This document shows, in pieces, positions 34,801 through 48,640 of a stretch of 64,000 nucleotides of DNA. The first letter of the stretch is position 1, and every line of letters begins with the position of its first letter. Under the pieces are notes generated by a model. It searched no databases and was not told the origin of the DNA. It was given only the letters and a program-made list of their open reading frames with translations. Source of the stretch: Thalia democratica (Eukaryota); NCBI GenBank assembly GCA_965202585.1, contig OZ241827.1:70680001-70744000 (forward strand), read 5' to 3'. A program made the position numbers and the translations under genes.

Positions 34801-37800
34801 AACTACTCTATAATTTAAAACTATAAATTTAAGTATGTTTTATTTAAATTTTTTTTTTCTGTATTACAAATTTATTTATTAATTATAGTTGGAAATACTT
34901 AAAATTATGATGATAGTTTTACATCTATAATAACAAAACTTTCTTCTGTAATATATTTTAGGTACACAGTTACTAAAGCTCATAAAATATTACTAGTCTA
35001 AACTTTAGCAATAAACTAAAAAATAAGACTTACTAGTAATAGTTTTTAAAAAAGTAGTACAGTTTTTTGTGCTTTAGGTTTATCTTATCAAACATGAAAT
35101 TAAATCAAACTTTATTTTACTGATTTTAAAACTATTACACCTTTATTTCAATAACAATGTAAAGTATTTATGATTGAAATGCTACTAAATAAAAAATAGT
35201 TTATAAACAAACAACACAAAATTCATTATATAAATGAAGTGATCATAGCAGAATTTTTTTGAAAAAATTTTTAATATGTTCTTAAGCAGCTTCAAAAGCT
35301 TTTTCTTCAACTAAGTCTGCTTAAGGTAAGTGGTGTGCATTTGAAGAATTTAAACTTTACTTACTTGAATAAAATAATCTCAAAGATTATTCTATTTAAA
35401 TTAATAATTTCAGTAGGGTCTTTTGTGTAATAACTTCCATTGAAACTAAGTGGTGTGTTCTTACTCATACACAGGGTAGTAAAAATAATGTTTATACAGA
35501 GAAAAATTTTTATCAGTTTGAAAAGACTAGTGCATTTAAAAATTAGTAGCTGGGGATAGATATCGATCTAAAAAGCACATATTATGAACTGCTTCCTTAT
35601 AAAAAACAATCATATATCAAACTAACAAAATAAGTTATAAAAAACTTGTAGAAAAAATATTTTCAATTATGGTCATAAAAATGTTTCATTTTAGTTTATT
35701 AAAAAACTCCTTATAGTACAAGATATTGTAATATTAGAAACAACATTTCTAATAACTTTAAGTAAATTGCATTAAACACTAAGAAGCACATAAAATTTTG
35801 CTAAGTTTTTTACAACTCCAAGAAAATGTGCCATAAAAAATTTATATATAATTTCTTTTAATGGTAAATTTTAACACAGAGATTATAATCTAAAAAAAAA
35901 TTGTTATATAAAAATGAACTTAAAATATATACTTCAAGATTTGGAGTAAGAGCCAATTTTAATTTTTGTAAAAAAAAAAACTTTGTACCCCTTTTTTGCT
36001 TAAAGTAAAAACCTTTTTAGTTTATTAGCTTAATTATTAACAATATACCTTGAATCTTTACTATAAAAAAAACAAAGTACCTGTGAATAACTTTTTTGGA
36101 ATGTATATATTTGACACCATTCAGTATTTGTTTTGAATACTTTTTGAACACTTTTTGAGGCAGGGGGCCATAAGTTTCAAGTATTTTGTATATGGAACCA
36201 CCACTTAGAAATTCCATGTAGATTTTCACCACATTTTTGACAAGATCAGTTCCAATAAAACTGCAAAAACATGAAGTAGTTGTGTTAACTGCTCGTAAAG
36301 ACTCAAATTATAAATCATGCACAAAAATACTTCATATTGAATACAGTACTGATTTTAAGCTTAAAAAAAATTTAACTTCAAAAATAGTATTTCAAAAACC
36401 TTAAAACTTTTTTAGCCAGAAATTCAAAAGTTGCTGTTTTTAACCCTAATGCACATATAAACCTGTAAGGAAGCTAAAGGGTTTTCTAAACATCGATATC
36501 AACTTAAAAGTCAACTTTAATACTAGAAAAAAAACAGCTTACCAAGTTTATCAATATGTATAGATATTTGTAGCAAAGTCTAATTTTAGTAAGTCAACTT
36601 GGTAAATGAACCAGGGCTTTTAATGTCACTCGCTAAAACAAGCATTCTTTTTACCTGACAACATTAGTGTGTTGCATGTTCTTCAGTATGTCAACTTCCC
36701 TCTGTAGTTTTTTGTACTGATAAATAGCTTTGTTTCTATCAACTAGTGTGAGTTTTACTTCTTTCACTGCTATCAGTTCACCTTCACTTGTCATTCCTTG
36801 CCATACCTTCAAAGTAAAAACTAATTAAAAATAACTAAAATTGTGAACTACTTTAATTAACGACTAACAACCCTTTTTTAAGGAGGTGTAATTAAAATCA
36901 TTATAAAAATTTTTATGTTGAAGTTTATTTTTCTCAATTTAAAAATTAGTGTTGTCAATTAATACTGATGTTGTAAAAAAAGTTTAGGTTTTAAACTGTA
37001 TTTTATTTTTCATATATGAAGTGTATTACATTACTTGAATACCAATAGACTCACAATCTAATTTACAATAAAATATTTCAAAACCTTTCCAAATGCACCT
37101 TTTCCAATTAGAGGTCCCTTTTTCAATTTTAAATAAAGTGAAAGGTCTTCATTAGGTGTAGTTTCTACTTCTAAACAATAAAATTTTACATTAAAATAGA
37201 CATTAAACATTTTATCACTTTTCCATTAAGTTGATTCTAAATGTTTTATTCTATTCTTTGAGTAATAAGTTAATTAATAATATCATCCTTTTTTTACAGA
37301 CTTAAATGTGTTTAAAATAAATTTAAAAAAAAAAGCTTTAACATATAACAAAAGATTTTCATGAAACTTTTAACTAAAGTCTGGAAAGTTAAAAACATAA
37401 ATTGTGAGCTATCTATTTAGAATAATAAAAAAAACATAAACCTTCATCAGTGGATGACCAGACACTGGGTTCTTCAGCATCAAAATTTTTTTGAAAAGAT
37501 TCTCCTTGAGCTGTCTCAATTTCATTAGCATTATTATTTGTTTTTGATGCAGCTTTCTGGTTTAACTCATCAGGATCACTTTTTCTGTCTGCACTTTTAT
37601 CTTTTTCTACATTCTTATTGCTTTTAACTGTCGTGCTTTTGTTATTTTGTACGTCCTTGCTTATTTGGTTAGTTATAGCATCGGAAATCATTTTTTCAGG
37701 TTCAATTGCATCTTTACTATCTTCTGAAATATCCAAGAGTTTATCTCCAGATTGTTCACTATCAACATTTTCAGAGCCATTCCCATTTTTATCAGTAAGC

Positions 37801-38486
37801 TTTACAACAGAGTCTTTATCCTCTGTTATGTCTTCATTTTCAGGAATTTTTTCAGAACTACTATACCTAGAAACAGTAGGACTGTGGGAACTAGTGTTTT
37901 CATGTAAAACTTTCTCAATCAATTTTTCATTTCTTTGGCTTGGTTTTTCTATTCTTATACTACCGAGCTTTTTATTGTGAGCATCTGATACTGAGACTGT
38001 TTTTTGCTTTGCTTTGGGATATTCATTGTTGCCAATGATTGGAAGAGAAATTTGTTTTTTCATTAATTTTTTTTGAGCTTTCACCTTAGAAGAACTCTGT
38101 TGCACTGAGCTGCTATTAAAACTGGTCAGCACAAACTGCTTGTCATTTTTAAGCGATTCTTTTTGAACTGTTTTGCTAACTTGCGGTTTGTCTTGTATTA
38201 CTTTATCATTCACTATGCTGTAAGTGATGTCCAGTGCATTGTTCAGATACGTTTTAGAAGGGTATACTTTGTTGCCAGTATTGTTCTTTGCTTTTTCTTT
38301 GGATGTTAAAGTAGTTTTTTCTTTAGATATTTTTTCAGAATATACATCTTGTATATAACTAGGAACAGAGGTCTGCCTGCTTAGGGGCAGAGGATGTTTT
38401 TGTACAATTTTGTTGTTCAAAACAACGCTTCCAGTGATGTTCAGAGCACTTTCCAAATGGTTTTTCTTTTTGTTTCTTTTGGACAT
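28867..38486 (-). CDS. MAP3K19: MAP3K19/YSK4-like Ser/Thr kinase, paralog a, 643 aa (exons 37442-38486, 37085-37170, 36655-36806, 36081-36260, 33137-33370, 31206-31370, 28867-28936)
   Basis: Seven GT-AG exons join in frame (1932 nt). Motifs [64 protein letters not shown]; long low-complexity N-terminus with a C-terminal kinase domain as in MAP3K19. Orthology judged from recalled motifs only. Confidence 0.85.
29672..30077. mobile_element. hAT-like MITE in intron 6 of MAP3K19a
   Basis: Imperfect TIRs CAGGGTTGCTAA / TTGACAATCCTG; internal CAAGGTTTTT(C)CAG repeats; approximate TSD TGTATAA(T/G). Confidence 0.6.
30392..30396 (-). terminator. Pol III oligo-T terminator of the tRNA
   Basis: TTTTT on the minus strand, 1 nt after the tRNA 3' end. 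Confidence 0.7.
30398..30470 (-). tRNA. tRNA-Ala, anticodon AGC, with atypical C32-C33
   Basis: GGGGGTG TA GCTC AGATGGCA GAGC G CGCGC CCAGCAT GCGCG AGGCA CCGGG ATCGATG CCCGG CACCTCC A: complete 73-nt cloverleaf, G3:U70 alanine identity pair, A/B boxes, T5 terminator. Confidence 0.9.
31994..32110. mobile_element. One-ended fragment related to the MULE-like MITE at 55860
   Basis: Starts GGGTAGCTGTCAGAATTGCAC (compare GGGAACAGGTCAAATATGCAC) followed by TTGCACG-type repeats. No second end found. Confidence 0.4.
32973..33016 (-). pseudogene. Relic copy of the 3' end of kinase exon 5 with a GT donor
   Basis: Minus strand CCTAAAGCTGATATTTG|GTTTG versus real exon CCCAAAGCTGATATTTG|GTGAG, preceded by a second partial copy CATCAAGCATTAACCTATAGCTGATA. 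Confidence 0.55.
33459..33504 (-). pseudogene. Relic or poison copy of the 5' end of kinase exon 5 with an intact acceptor
   Basis: TTACAG|A GAC ATC AAA AAC AAC AGT GTG ATG CTC CTT CTA GAC GGA ATG TAA, same phase as the real exon 134 bp downstream. Confidence 0.6.
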
Positions 38487-41400
38487 TATAGTTTTTCAGT
38501 AACTTGTGTTAGATCATTACTACTGTTGAAAAAGCACTGTTGTGTACTGTACTATACTATTTGAAACTATCTTAAAAGTTATTGTTAACACTAAACAAGA
38601 TTTTTTTTCAATTTCAGTGACTTTAATCATAAGTAACAAGCTTCTACAAAAGAAAAATAATAATAGCAGATTATAAAAAATTGTTTTATTGAAAACAACT
38701 GTCAGAAAACAGAAAGATCAGAATATTTAAGAAAAAAATAATAATTGAACTGACTTTTTATGCACTACATCAGTATACTATTTAAGTTACTGACTTTCCT
38801 TTTGGTAAAAATAACACTACACAACAATTTGAAGTAAAATTTCAATTTGTGCTTATCCAAAAATTAAGAAACAAAAAAAAAGTGAAAAGTTTAGAATTAA
38901 AACATATATTTATTATACTAAAAGCAGAAACTAACTAACTTGCAGCAGTAAAGGACAAATAAATTTTCATGACAAACTATACATACATCAAAAGGTCTGT
39001 ACAGCCAAAACAACTGCTTGAGTTGTACAAACTATTTCAAGTTAAGTCAACAAAAAGTTAGGACAGCTTTTTTTGATAATTATCAAAATACACCTTAAAA
39101 ACTAATAGTAGTACAAATACTTAAAATTATAACCATTTCAACTAAACTTTACACATTCAATAGTTTTAATGATATACATTAAGAATAGAATATATTTTAT
39201 GTTAAGGGATGCTATTTTGCTGTAAAATGCTACTTTTTGATTTTATACAAAATATATTGAGCCACTAGCCTTAATGAAATTTTATATAAACAAGTTTTAT
39301 ACTTACTGCATTGCAAAAAGTTTGACTCTTATAAGGAGAAGAAAAACTTATATTTTTTAGGTATAACTTTTAAGAATATTGAATATAAATGTATATTCGT
39401 ACTATTAGTAATTATACTTAATGTACAATTTTATTTATTTTAACAAATGTAAATTGCATTATGGATGATTTTAGTCTTTACAAAAAAAATTATGTGTTTC
39501 TATCAATTTTAAGAACACAATCTGAGATTTAGGAAAGTGATTAAAGGTTTTTTTTTATTATACACAACTTACAGTTAAGTAAAAATATTACAGTTTAAAA
39601 AACATTCAATTTACATTGATTTGATTTTTAAAAGAGTCATTATGCAATCTTTACTATTAAAGGAACAAAATTTGTAAGAGTTTTCAATTTATATAAGGGG
39701 GTTATCATTTTTTTACAACTTGGTTTAATTTTTAGAGTTTTAACTAAACTGTAAATTTTGTTTTACAGTTTTTAAATATTCCAAAATAATTTTGAGATAT
39801 AGCTGGTAAAATTTAAATAGTAGAAAAGGTCTCTTATTTAAGAGAAAATAAATATAAATTTATCTCTTCCTTTAATTGTTAAGATGAAAACATAAAATTT
39901 TGAAGATATGTTTCTTAAAATAATAATAAAACTTTGTTTTTTTTTCCAACATAAACAAATAAAATAAAACTGTTCTTGTTTCTTTGTTATTAAGTTTTAT
40001 TTTTTAACTTCTTTTTCATTTTTTTATTTAGGTTTTTCTTGACAATGCAAAGAACATTTCCTAAAAATTTGAGAAATTTCCAAATCTGTCATTAGGACTC
40101 AAAAGCAATCAGGCCACAATAATAATGTAAAATACAACTATAATTTAAAAATATTCATACCATTTAACAACTTTACTATTTTATCTAAAAAAATAAAAAC
40201 ACATGATCTGTTGGATTACTAATGTTTTCTTTGAAGAGTTATTTGACTACAAAATACTTAAGCTTGCACTTTGTTTCTAGTATTTTGCATTAATGAAAAG
40301 TTTGTTTGTTCAGATATTTTAAGCTTCTGTAGTGATATGTCTAATGTAAATGGTTTGCAGCTGAACTGTTTGTTTTTCAAATATCTTAGTTTTACCGCTA
40401 AAAAACTGTAAAGAGTTATAATTTTTTTGTAAACAGAAAAAGGATCAACTGATAAAGATGAACATTTCTATCGCTCAAACATTTTTTAAAAAGTACTGAC
40501 AAAGTAAATAAATTTATATACTAGATCTACAAGGTTAATTTAAAATAATCAACAACTGAAAAAGTTTATAGTCAACAACTAAATATTTCAAAAAATTAAG
40601 TGTATAAACATAGGAAATAGTAATCAAGTTTTGATAGGGTTTCAATAAAAGAATACTTTGAAATAAAAATATTCTAAATAGGTTTTAAAAGCAAAAACAT
40701 AAAGATACGCTTTTAAATAAGTTATATGTCAAATATACAAACTAAAGATAATTTTTTTATAATCAATACTAGCAACTTTTACTGTTAAATTTAAATTAGG
40801 GTTTCGGCAGCATTTTAAGATCTAGGGTCAATTTTTAAAAATTAAAATGTTCACGGGCCTGCGTTATATAAAATAAATGATGTATAACTATAAAATAAGT
40901 AAGCCCACTATTGATTTTTAAATTAAATGCTTAAGTGTAAGTTTTTACAACAACGATTTTTTTATTAACTATAAGAATATGAATTTTTTGTTCAAAATTA
41001 CACTGCAGTCCGCACATTTTTGCTTAGAAGGTTGCAGTTTTCTGAAACTATAACATACGAAGTTTGAATACTGTAGTTTTTCATTCATATTCTAATAAAT
41101 ACCTCAAAATTTACTTTTTCGGTCTTTTGGGCTCAAAATCCTAATTATATACTGTTTCATTTAATTTTAATTATATTTAATGGAAATAAGTCTACTATTT
41201 AATAACCAAAATGTGTGAAGCTTAAAAAGTATTAACACAAGAGATTAAAAGATTTTAAATAGAAAAATACGTACTTGCAAACTAAGCTTGTCAAAATTAA
41301 ACAGTTTTTTATCTTAATTTAAGAAAATAAAGCACATATAACCGCTTGGTTTTCGTCAAACTCAACTTACAAGTAGAGCAAATCAGAAAAAAAAATTAAG

Positions 41401-44397
41401 TTTAAAATTTCATCTACAATCACTGTATTAGTTTTGTTTGCAAAAATACTTTAAACAGTACAAATTAATTCATATAATAACTGTTAGTTTAACAATTAAA
41501 AAACAACAACAATGCTTTATTAAAACATTGCATTCGCTTATTAATGAAAATGTTATTAAAATTAATAGCTTAAAAGCTCTAAAAGTTACTTTGACATTGT
41601 AATGCTAATTTCATCGTTTTAATAGTTTGTTAAATTAAATTTAGATGTTTATATAATTACTATTGAAATTTTAATAACAACGTAAGAACTACTTTTATAT
41701 TTGTTAGAAATCAAAAGAAAACTGAAAATATACTTTAGATAAACCAGTATTTTTTACTTGTTTATAGTGAAAGTCTATCACTTAGACTACTAGTGAAAAT
41801 TTTAGCTATAAGCAAGGATCATAAGTATAAATTTTAAAGAATATGTTTTCTATCTGTTTACAATATGTACTAACTTTTTATTTTTATTGCTTATACTAAA
41901 GCAAGAATTTTTCAATTAATTAAAAAAAATATATGTTCGATGTTTATTTTGAATGTATTATAGCTACAAGATAAAAAAAAAACTTTTCATTACTGTTTAT
42001 ATACATCAACTAACTTATAACAAAAAACAATGTAATAAATTAACACAAAAAAAACAAAAAATATATATTAAAAAATAATTAAATTTAATTCTAACTTATC
42101 AAAAATAATTTACAGTTTACATTTACAGTTTGTATTTTTGTTTCAAAACGTTGAGTTTAAAGTTTTTTAGTTTATTAAAGACTACAGCTAACTACATATG
42201 CTGTTAAATAATCTATAGTCTTTTAGCTTCCTAAAAATGTTACTAACTAACTTCGTTTAAAGTTTGAAAAGTAAAACATTCTTATTAGCAGGGAATTTCA
42301 TATTATTTGTTTTACAGACCTTGAAAAGAAGAATGGGTATTTAATTTTATATAAAAATAAATTTTCTACTTAAACTAGTAACGAAAAACTCATTTGTACA
42401 AAAGTTGCTTTATCAATAAAATATCAAAAGTGAGCTGTAAAATAGTATCTATTAATATAAATTCTTAAATGAAGAACAAAATTTTGTTCAAAAATAACTG
42501 TAAAAACTTTAAGAAATCAGTTAGTACAAAAAATTAACTATACAAATATTTGTGGTAGAAATGTATAAGACTTTTTCATTTTACTTGTATTTCATTGTTT
42601 ATCTATAAATAAAAACGTCTTTTATAAAAAACTACAATAATGCTATTTACAGCAAAGTTATCTAGGACTTATATTAAAACTGTACAAAGAGTAAAATAAT
42701 TTAATATATAAAAAGATTTAAGAAACATTTATTTTGACCTTCGATTTCAAGATGTTCGGAACTTTGAAATGATAACAGTTTTATAAGTTTTGATTTATAG
42801 GTAAAAATGGTAATAGCAATTTTAGAATTTACTTAACTGTTTTTCTAACATTAACCAAAATATTATAAATACATCTGTTAGTTACTATACTTTTTATTGG
42901 TATTATCTATTTTCTTTATTAAGTATAAAAACTTTTTTTTTAAGTTTAGAGCTCCTTCAGACAATCCTTTAATAATATTGAAATAATGTTTGTGAGCATT
43001 TTTGAAATATACTATTTTGATACTATTGATTTCAACTTATACAATACAAAAAAATGTATTTATTGTGTAACTATTTTTAGTAATTCATCAAAAAACTATC
43101 ACAAAAAAGTATTTTTTTTGATTTGGTAAACAAAGATATTTCCTATGTAAAAAAAAAAGCTTATAGTATAAGTATTCATAATTTAATAAAAGTTCTCATT
43201 ATTCTTTAAAAACTTAACATTATGGAAAGTTATGTAAAAAATCACGAAGTATTATTGCTTTTATTTGCAAACTATTTGAAAAAAAAATATTTTATTTCCA
43301 CAAGCGAAACATGAATTAATTTTTTTTTTAGATTAATATGCTTTTGTACATTAGTTTAGTTTTTTCCGCTAAAATAAAACAATTATTTTATTACTGCTTT
43401 TATGAAATTTATCAAGGTTATTTGAATTCAATAGGGTAAATTGAAAGCTTAACTAAGGTTGATTCTTCTTTTAACTATTTAAGTTTTATTTCGGTAAAGT
43501 TTAAATTGATACATTTAATCAAAATCTAAATAACATATTACAAATAAATTTTAAATAGTTAGTAAAATTTAACTAAATAAAAAATAAAAGACCAGTAGTT
43601 TTTACAAACTATTTTAACAAAAATCGTTGTATACAGTAAAACTTAAAATTCTGCTTATTGTTTTGAATCAAAATTAAAGCTGTTTTTTTTAATTGAACAA
43701 AAACGCTTAATTCTACTTTAATGTGTGTATTAATGTTAACGTGCAATTATCGTTACGTTTTTGTTTTTGTAAAAGAGTTAAATAACACTAAATATAAAAT
43801 TAACGTTATTATCATATTAATTGTTTTGTTCTCCTTAATGATATTTATTTTCTAAAATATATAAATGCCTAAAATATTACATGCCTTGTTACAAGCGATT
43901 AAAACTTAACTTTTGTACTTATACAAAACATACAATAAACAGAGACAATTTGTTTATTTTGTTCTAACTTTTGATTGTATTTTTATATTTAATTAAAAGC
44001 TAACCACTATAAGCAAAATTAATCTCGGATTTAGTTATTTCTTTTTCTATTTCTAACACGGGTAAAAATATTTAAGCTATTGTAATTCTACAAAAAGAAA
44101 AACGTTAAAATCTTTATTTAACTTATAGTAAATAAAACTATATAAATTTTATATTTTGAATAAACAGAGGTAAACAATAAAAGAGGGAAACTGTAAAAGT
44201 ATGATCACAAAGTACATTTTATAGCTTACACATTTAATATTACTTTTCTAAAACAGAAAATCCTAAAATAAATAAGTGCTATATGATATGGTATAGATTT
44301 TTTTTTGCTTACAGTAACCTCTCGCTTATTTACGCACATTGTGTCCAGAGAAAAAGTGCGTAAAGATATGAGAGATCATAAAGATACGAGAGGTACC

Positions 44398-45036
44398 TGT
44401 AACGAACCAATCATTACATTTTATGTTTCGTTTTATTTCAGAAGAGTTAAAGTTAAAGAATTTCAATGTTTTCAGTGACGTCACAACTAGTATTGAGAAG
44501 AGAAAATGAGAAAAAGAAGCGTGAAGTAAATTTGAGAGAAAGAGTTTAAAACTTAGCTTGCAGACGCGAGTAGGCGGATTAGTGACGGGAGAGACGCGAG
44601 TCGGCGTATTACTACCGGGGGAGAGAACGCACAAAACGACGTGTTGACTATAGGATTGCGAATCGTATGATGAACAATCGAGAAGGGTTTTATTGATAGA
44701 ATGTGGATAGAATACTTGATCGTCCAGTCTACTTTCTGTACATTTCAACAAAATGTTTAGTAGTTAGTATATGTGCCTACTGGGCTCTTATCAGAAGTCA
44801 TTGGTTTTAATTTCTTTTCTTTCACTTATTTCACGATGTGTTTATTAATGTTGTATATAAAATCACGTGCACTAATAACTAGTTTTTATATTATTATTTT
44901 CATGGTAAGTACTAGTATATCAAATTAAGCCTGCGTTCCATCTGAACGTCTGTAATACTTTAAATAACCGTTTCTTGTTATCTTATTTAAGAGCAGCTAA
45001 ACCAACCTAACAACATCGTAATTGATGACGGTTACA
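44398..45036 (+). repeat. 5' LTR
   Basis: Differs from 49371-50009 at only one position that I could see (AATTTGAGAG versus AATTTTAGAG). Confidence 0.95.
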
Positions 45037-48000
45037 TGGCGTAACTCCACAACGGCCTACAAACCTATCACCTTTAAGATTAACAGTCGAATGCGCCCAC
45101 GAAGACAAATAACTATCGAACCACAAGCAAATGAGAATCAAATTACGCAAAAACTGACAACCTAGAACATAAAAGATGGACAGCGGAACCGCTCAGAGGA
45201 ATGTACAACCAACCCGGCCAGGGACTGGACATGGGAATCCAGGAAACCAACCGATTTCGTGGACGAAGAGATTGTGAATGCTAGTCAAAATTGTGAATGG
45301 ACGGCCACGAAGAGGTTGTAAATGGGATTTTTTGAGGTTTGACCAAATATTTTCAACTATAACAAGATGTTCTTTGAATAATTCAGCTCATTCGGATGTA
45401 CATCAATCTAACTGTTAGTTACTATTTCAACATTTTATACATATTAACTACATTTTTTGCCATTAATTAAAATTTGTTTATTATTTTTCAATCACCACTA
45501 CTTGTTACAATAATTACATAATAATAAATATTTAATTTTTTACATATTTTAGAATTTTATATTATAATACCTTAAAATGTAACTTATAAATTAGAAATGT
45601 AAAATTTATATGGTTTTCATTTATGTTATTTAAGTTGGTTAAAAATTAAATATTTTGATTTTAAAAATAGACAAAACATTTTCAAAACAAATTCTAAAGA
45701 CACTTAAAGTAACTCCTTCGTTTAAAACAAATCTTATTTTTCGACTAATACTAACAGTAATGACTTCACCTAATAATTATTGGTTTTAAGATTAAAACTT
45801 CAATCACTTAAATCAGGTTTTTGATTTTTTTGATACTTTGTATGTGTTTTACATCATAACTATAAAACAATAAGTTTAAACGAGAAGTATTTAAGATAAT
45901 AACAATTAAACAAGTGAAGTTATAACATTTCGAAAATAACTTTTTGTATAAGAAGTGACATAATGTGTAGTTAAATAACTTTCAGAATTGATTTAAGTGC
46001 AAATTAAATTTGTTCAAGTGTTTGCGGTGTAGGTTATAAATTTTCCCTATTTAATTCGGAAACTATTAATATGGATTAATTTGCATCTATACTTAAAGTT
46101 TTGTTAAAACTATTTTTATTCAAAATATCGAAACAATTAAAGGATTTTTTTTGTTTGTTACTACCATATACTAAATTTTAAGTTATTTTATTTTTATATG
46201 TTTAGTTGGTAAAATAAAAAATAAATATGAAAAGTACATAAAATTAAAAGATATGACAAAAAACCATAAAAAAATTGCAAATATTATATAATAAAAAAAT
46301 AAAAAAAAGTTTTTTGTTTACATTTACAAACTAATTAACTATGTCATGTGTATTATTATGTTGCTATTATTTTTGTTAGTGTGGTTTTATTAAGAGTATA
46401 AGAAGTTTAGAATGTTTTAGTATATTCTAACTACAATTTGTGTATAATAACTACACAATACTTAATAACTTTAAGAATGTTTATTTTCAAACTTTAAATT
46501 ATTACGATACAATCTTATAGCCTAACTTTAAATCTTTTTTAACAATGTTTTAAAGATTGTTAACACAACAGAAGGAGTTTAAATTATTTAACCGCACCTG
46601 TTTGTGATAAAATTCCCGTCGTATAAAAAATCGAATTTTCTTAAGATAAATTTTTAGCAGTAAAAATGTACTTTAATCATAAACAAATAGGAGTAATGGT
46701 TGACAGTTTTTGAAAATTTTCACATAAAAAATTGTCAAAAATAAATTTTTCAAACAATAACAAAATAAAACTTGCTATTTTCGTTTTACAAGCATCTGAT
46801 AATTTTTTATAGTTACTGTCGTAAAAGTTAAACTTTCTTATCAATTTAATTTTCAGTTGGATTTTATTTTTTTATCGATAAAATCTAAAACGTTAGGAGT
46901 AAATAACAATTGTTAAATTTTCATAACTTCTGGCTTTAATTTATTTAGTATGGCGTTTGACTTTAAATCTATAACAAAACAGAACCTAAAAGTACTATGA
47001 AGTTTTTCTTACCAAAACACTTAATTTTATTAACTAATTGTCTTATTAGTCTCTTGTAACATAATTTGAAAAGAAATACTTAACTCAATTTGTTGATATA
47101 TTACGTCACATTGTACGGCAAACTTGTAGTTTAATAATTAGTTTTCTCTGTAGGTTTAAAGCTATTTTGATTACTTATAGTGATTTATATCTATTGATAA
47201 AGTTATAATAATTTTTCAGTAAAAAAGTTACAAAATACAAATAATCTTTAACTATTAATTTCTATAATGATACAATAACTATCAAACATATTTCTGTGAA
47301 CATAAATTAAAAATAACTCTTATCATTTAGCTAATTTAAATAAATTATTTAAATAATAAAATAAATACATTGCTTTAAATACTTATTAACTTAGATTATT
47401 AAAATAAATTATATCAAAACATAAATTATGAGTAGCTTTATCTATTTTCAACAATCTTACTTAATGCCTAAAAACGTCCACTAATGTTTGCTTAAAAAGT
47501 GTATAAACAATAGGTATATAAACTTTTGATTGTAGTTTCACGAGCAGTTGTGATTTGTTGCGGTAACGGTAAGGTTGATATTATGCGTAAGGCATTTTAT
47601 GGGTTTAAGCATCGATGTAGGACTTTCGTTGTCTTAAATTACAAATTACTTATTAAGTTTATTCTCATTATGTCATGCTTAGAAGTATTTTATGATTTAC
47701 AGTTACTATATGTACAGTCTGTCTGTTGTAGTTTTCGTATTAATTATCTATATTCTTTTTACTTGTATATGTATATTGTTTACATTATTTGATTAAACAA
47801 TATATATTTTTGGTTTTTAAGAAAGCGCAAAAATTCTGGTCCTTTTTAAATTACTAGTTTAACTACTTAACTCGTAAGCAACTTCGCATGGCATGTTAAC
47901 AGTGAAATTTCAGTTTCTTTTACTGCTCGTAAAATGGCAAAAATGAATCTTAAATCTTTGTTATTAAAGTCAATGTCAAGTTCAATTACATAATTACGTT

Positions 48001-48343
48001 TGAAGTTTTCCTTTAGAATTTATAAGTATGTAAAGTTTCCTTAAATTTTTGATAGTTTAAATTAAAAGCATTACCTGCTTTTGTCTTTAAAAATGTTTTA
48101 TATTACAAAAATTAACTTACGAACGCCAAACACATTTTCTACATTAAAAAATGCATTTGTAAGTAAATATAATAAAACTATAAAAAATAAAAAAGTTTCA
48201 GTATTTATTTAATTATATTAATCTTAATGCATTGTATATCATAAAAATAATATAAATATAGTTTTTTTTTAAGCCAGTAGAATAACCACAAATCAAGTGT
48301 TTTAAAGTTGTCAAGTCATGACATTAAGTTAAATATGAAAAAT

Positions 48344-48640
48344 TAAGTTGACATGGAAGATGTGTGGAGACGAATAAGTTGATATGGAAGATGTGTGGAG
48401 ACGAATAAGTTGACATGGAAGATGTGTGGAGACGAATAAGTTGACATGGAAGATGTGTGGAGACGAATAAGTTGACATGGAAGATGTGTGGAGACGAATA
48501 AGTTGACATGGAAGATGATGTGTGGAGACGAATAAGTTGACATGGAAGATGTGTGGAGACGAATAAGTTGATATGGAAGATGATGTGTGGACGAATAAGT
48601 TGATATGGAAGATGATGGGTGGAAACGAAGAAGTTGACGA
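48344..48640. repeat. 31-bp minisatellite, about 9 units
   Basis: Unit GACATGGAAGATGTGTGGAGACGAATAAGTT repeated head to tail, with occasional GAT insertions and a degenerate end. Confidence 0.95.

Noticed and set aside
37618-37980. Ser/Leu/Phe-rich ORFs opposite real exons (also 55081, 55097, 55607, 57619, 58346, 58423)
   Set aside because: Antisense or alternate-frame shadows of the MAP3K19 and PROSER3-like coding exons.
40797-41050. Highly decayed hAT-like remnant (GGGTTTCGGCAGC, CACGGGCCTGCG)
   Set aside because: Ends and TSD could not be defined, so it is too degenerate to list as a feature.
44326-44751. 141-aa minus-strand ORF, with a 72-aa copy at 49506-49724
   Set aside because: Lies antisense within the LTR, starts at a non-ATG codon, is cut by a stop at the single difference between the LTRs, and has no retroelement motifs.
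45037-45054. LTR primer-binding site matching the local tRNA-Ala
   Set aside because: The PBS reads TGGCGTAAC, whereas this tRNA would require TGGTGGAGG (with CCA added), or TGGAGGTGC; no match.
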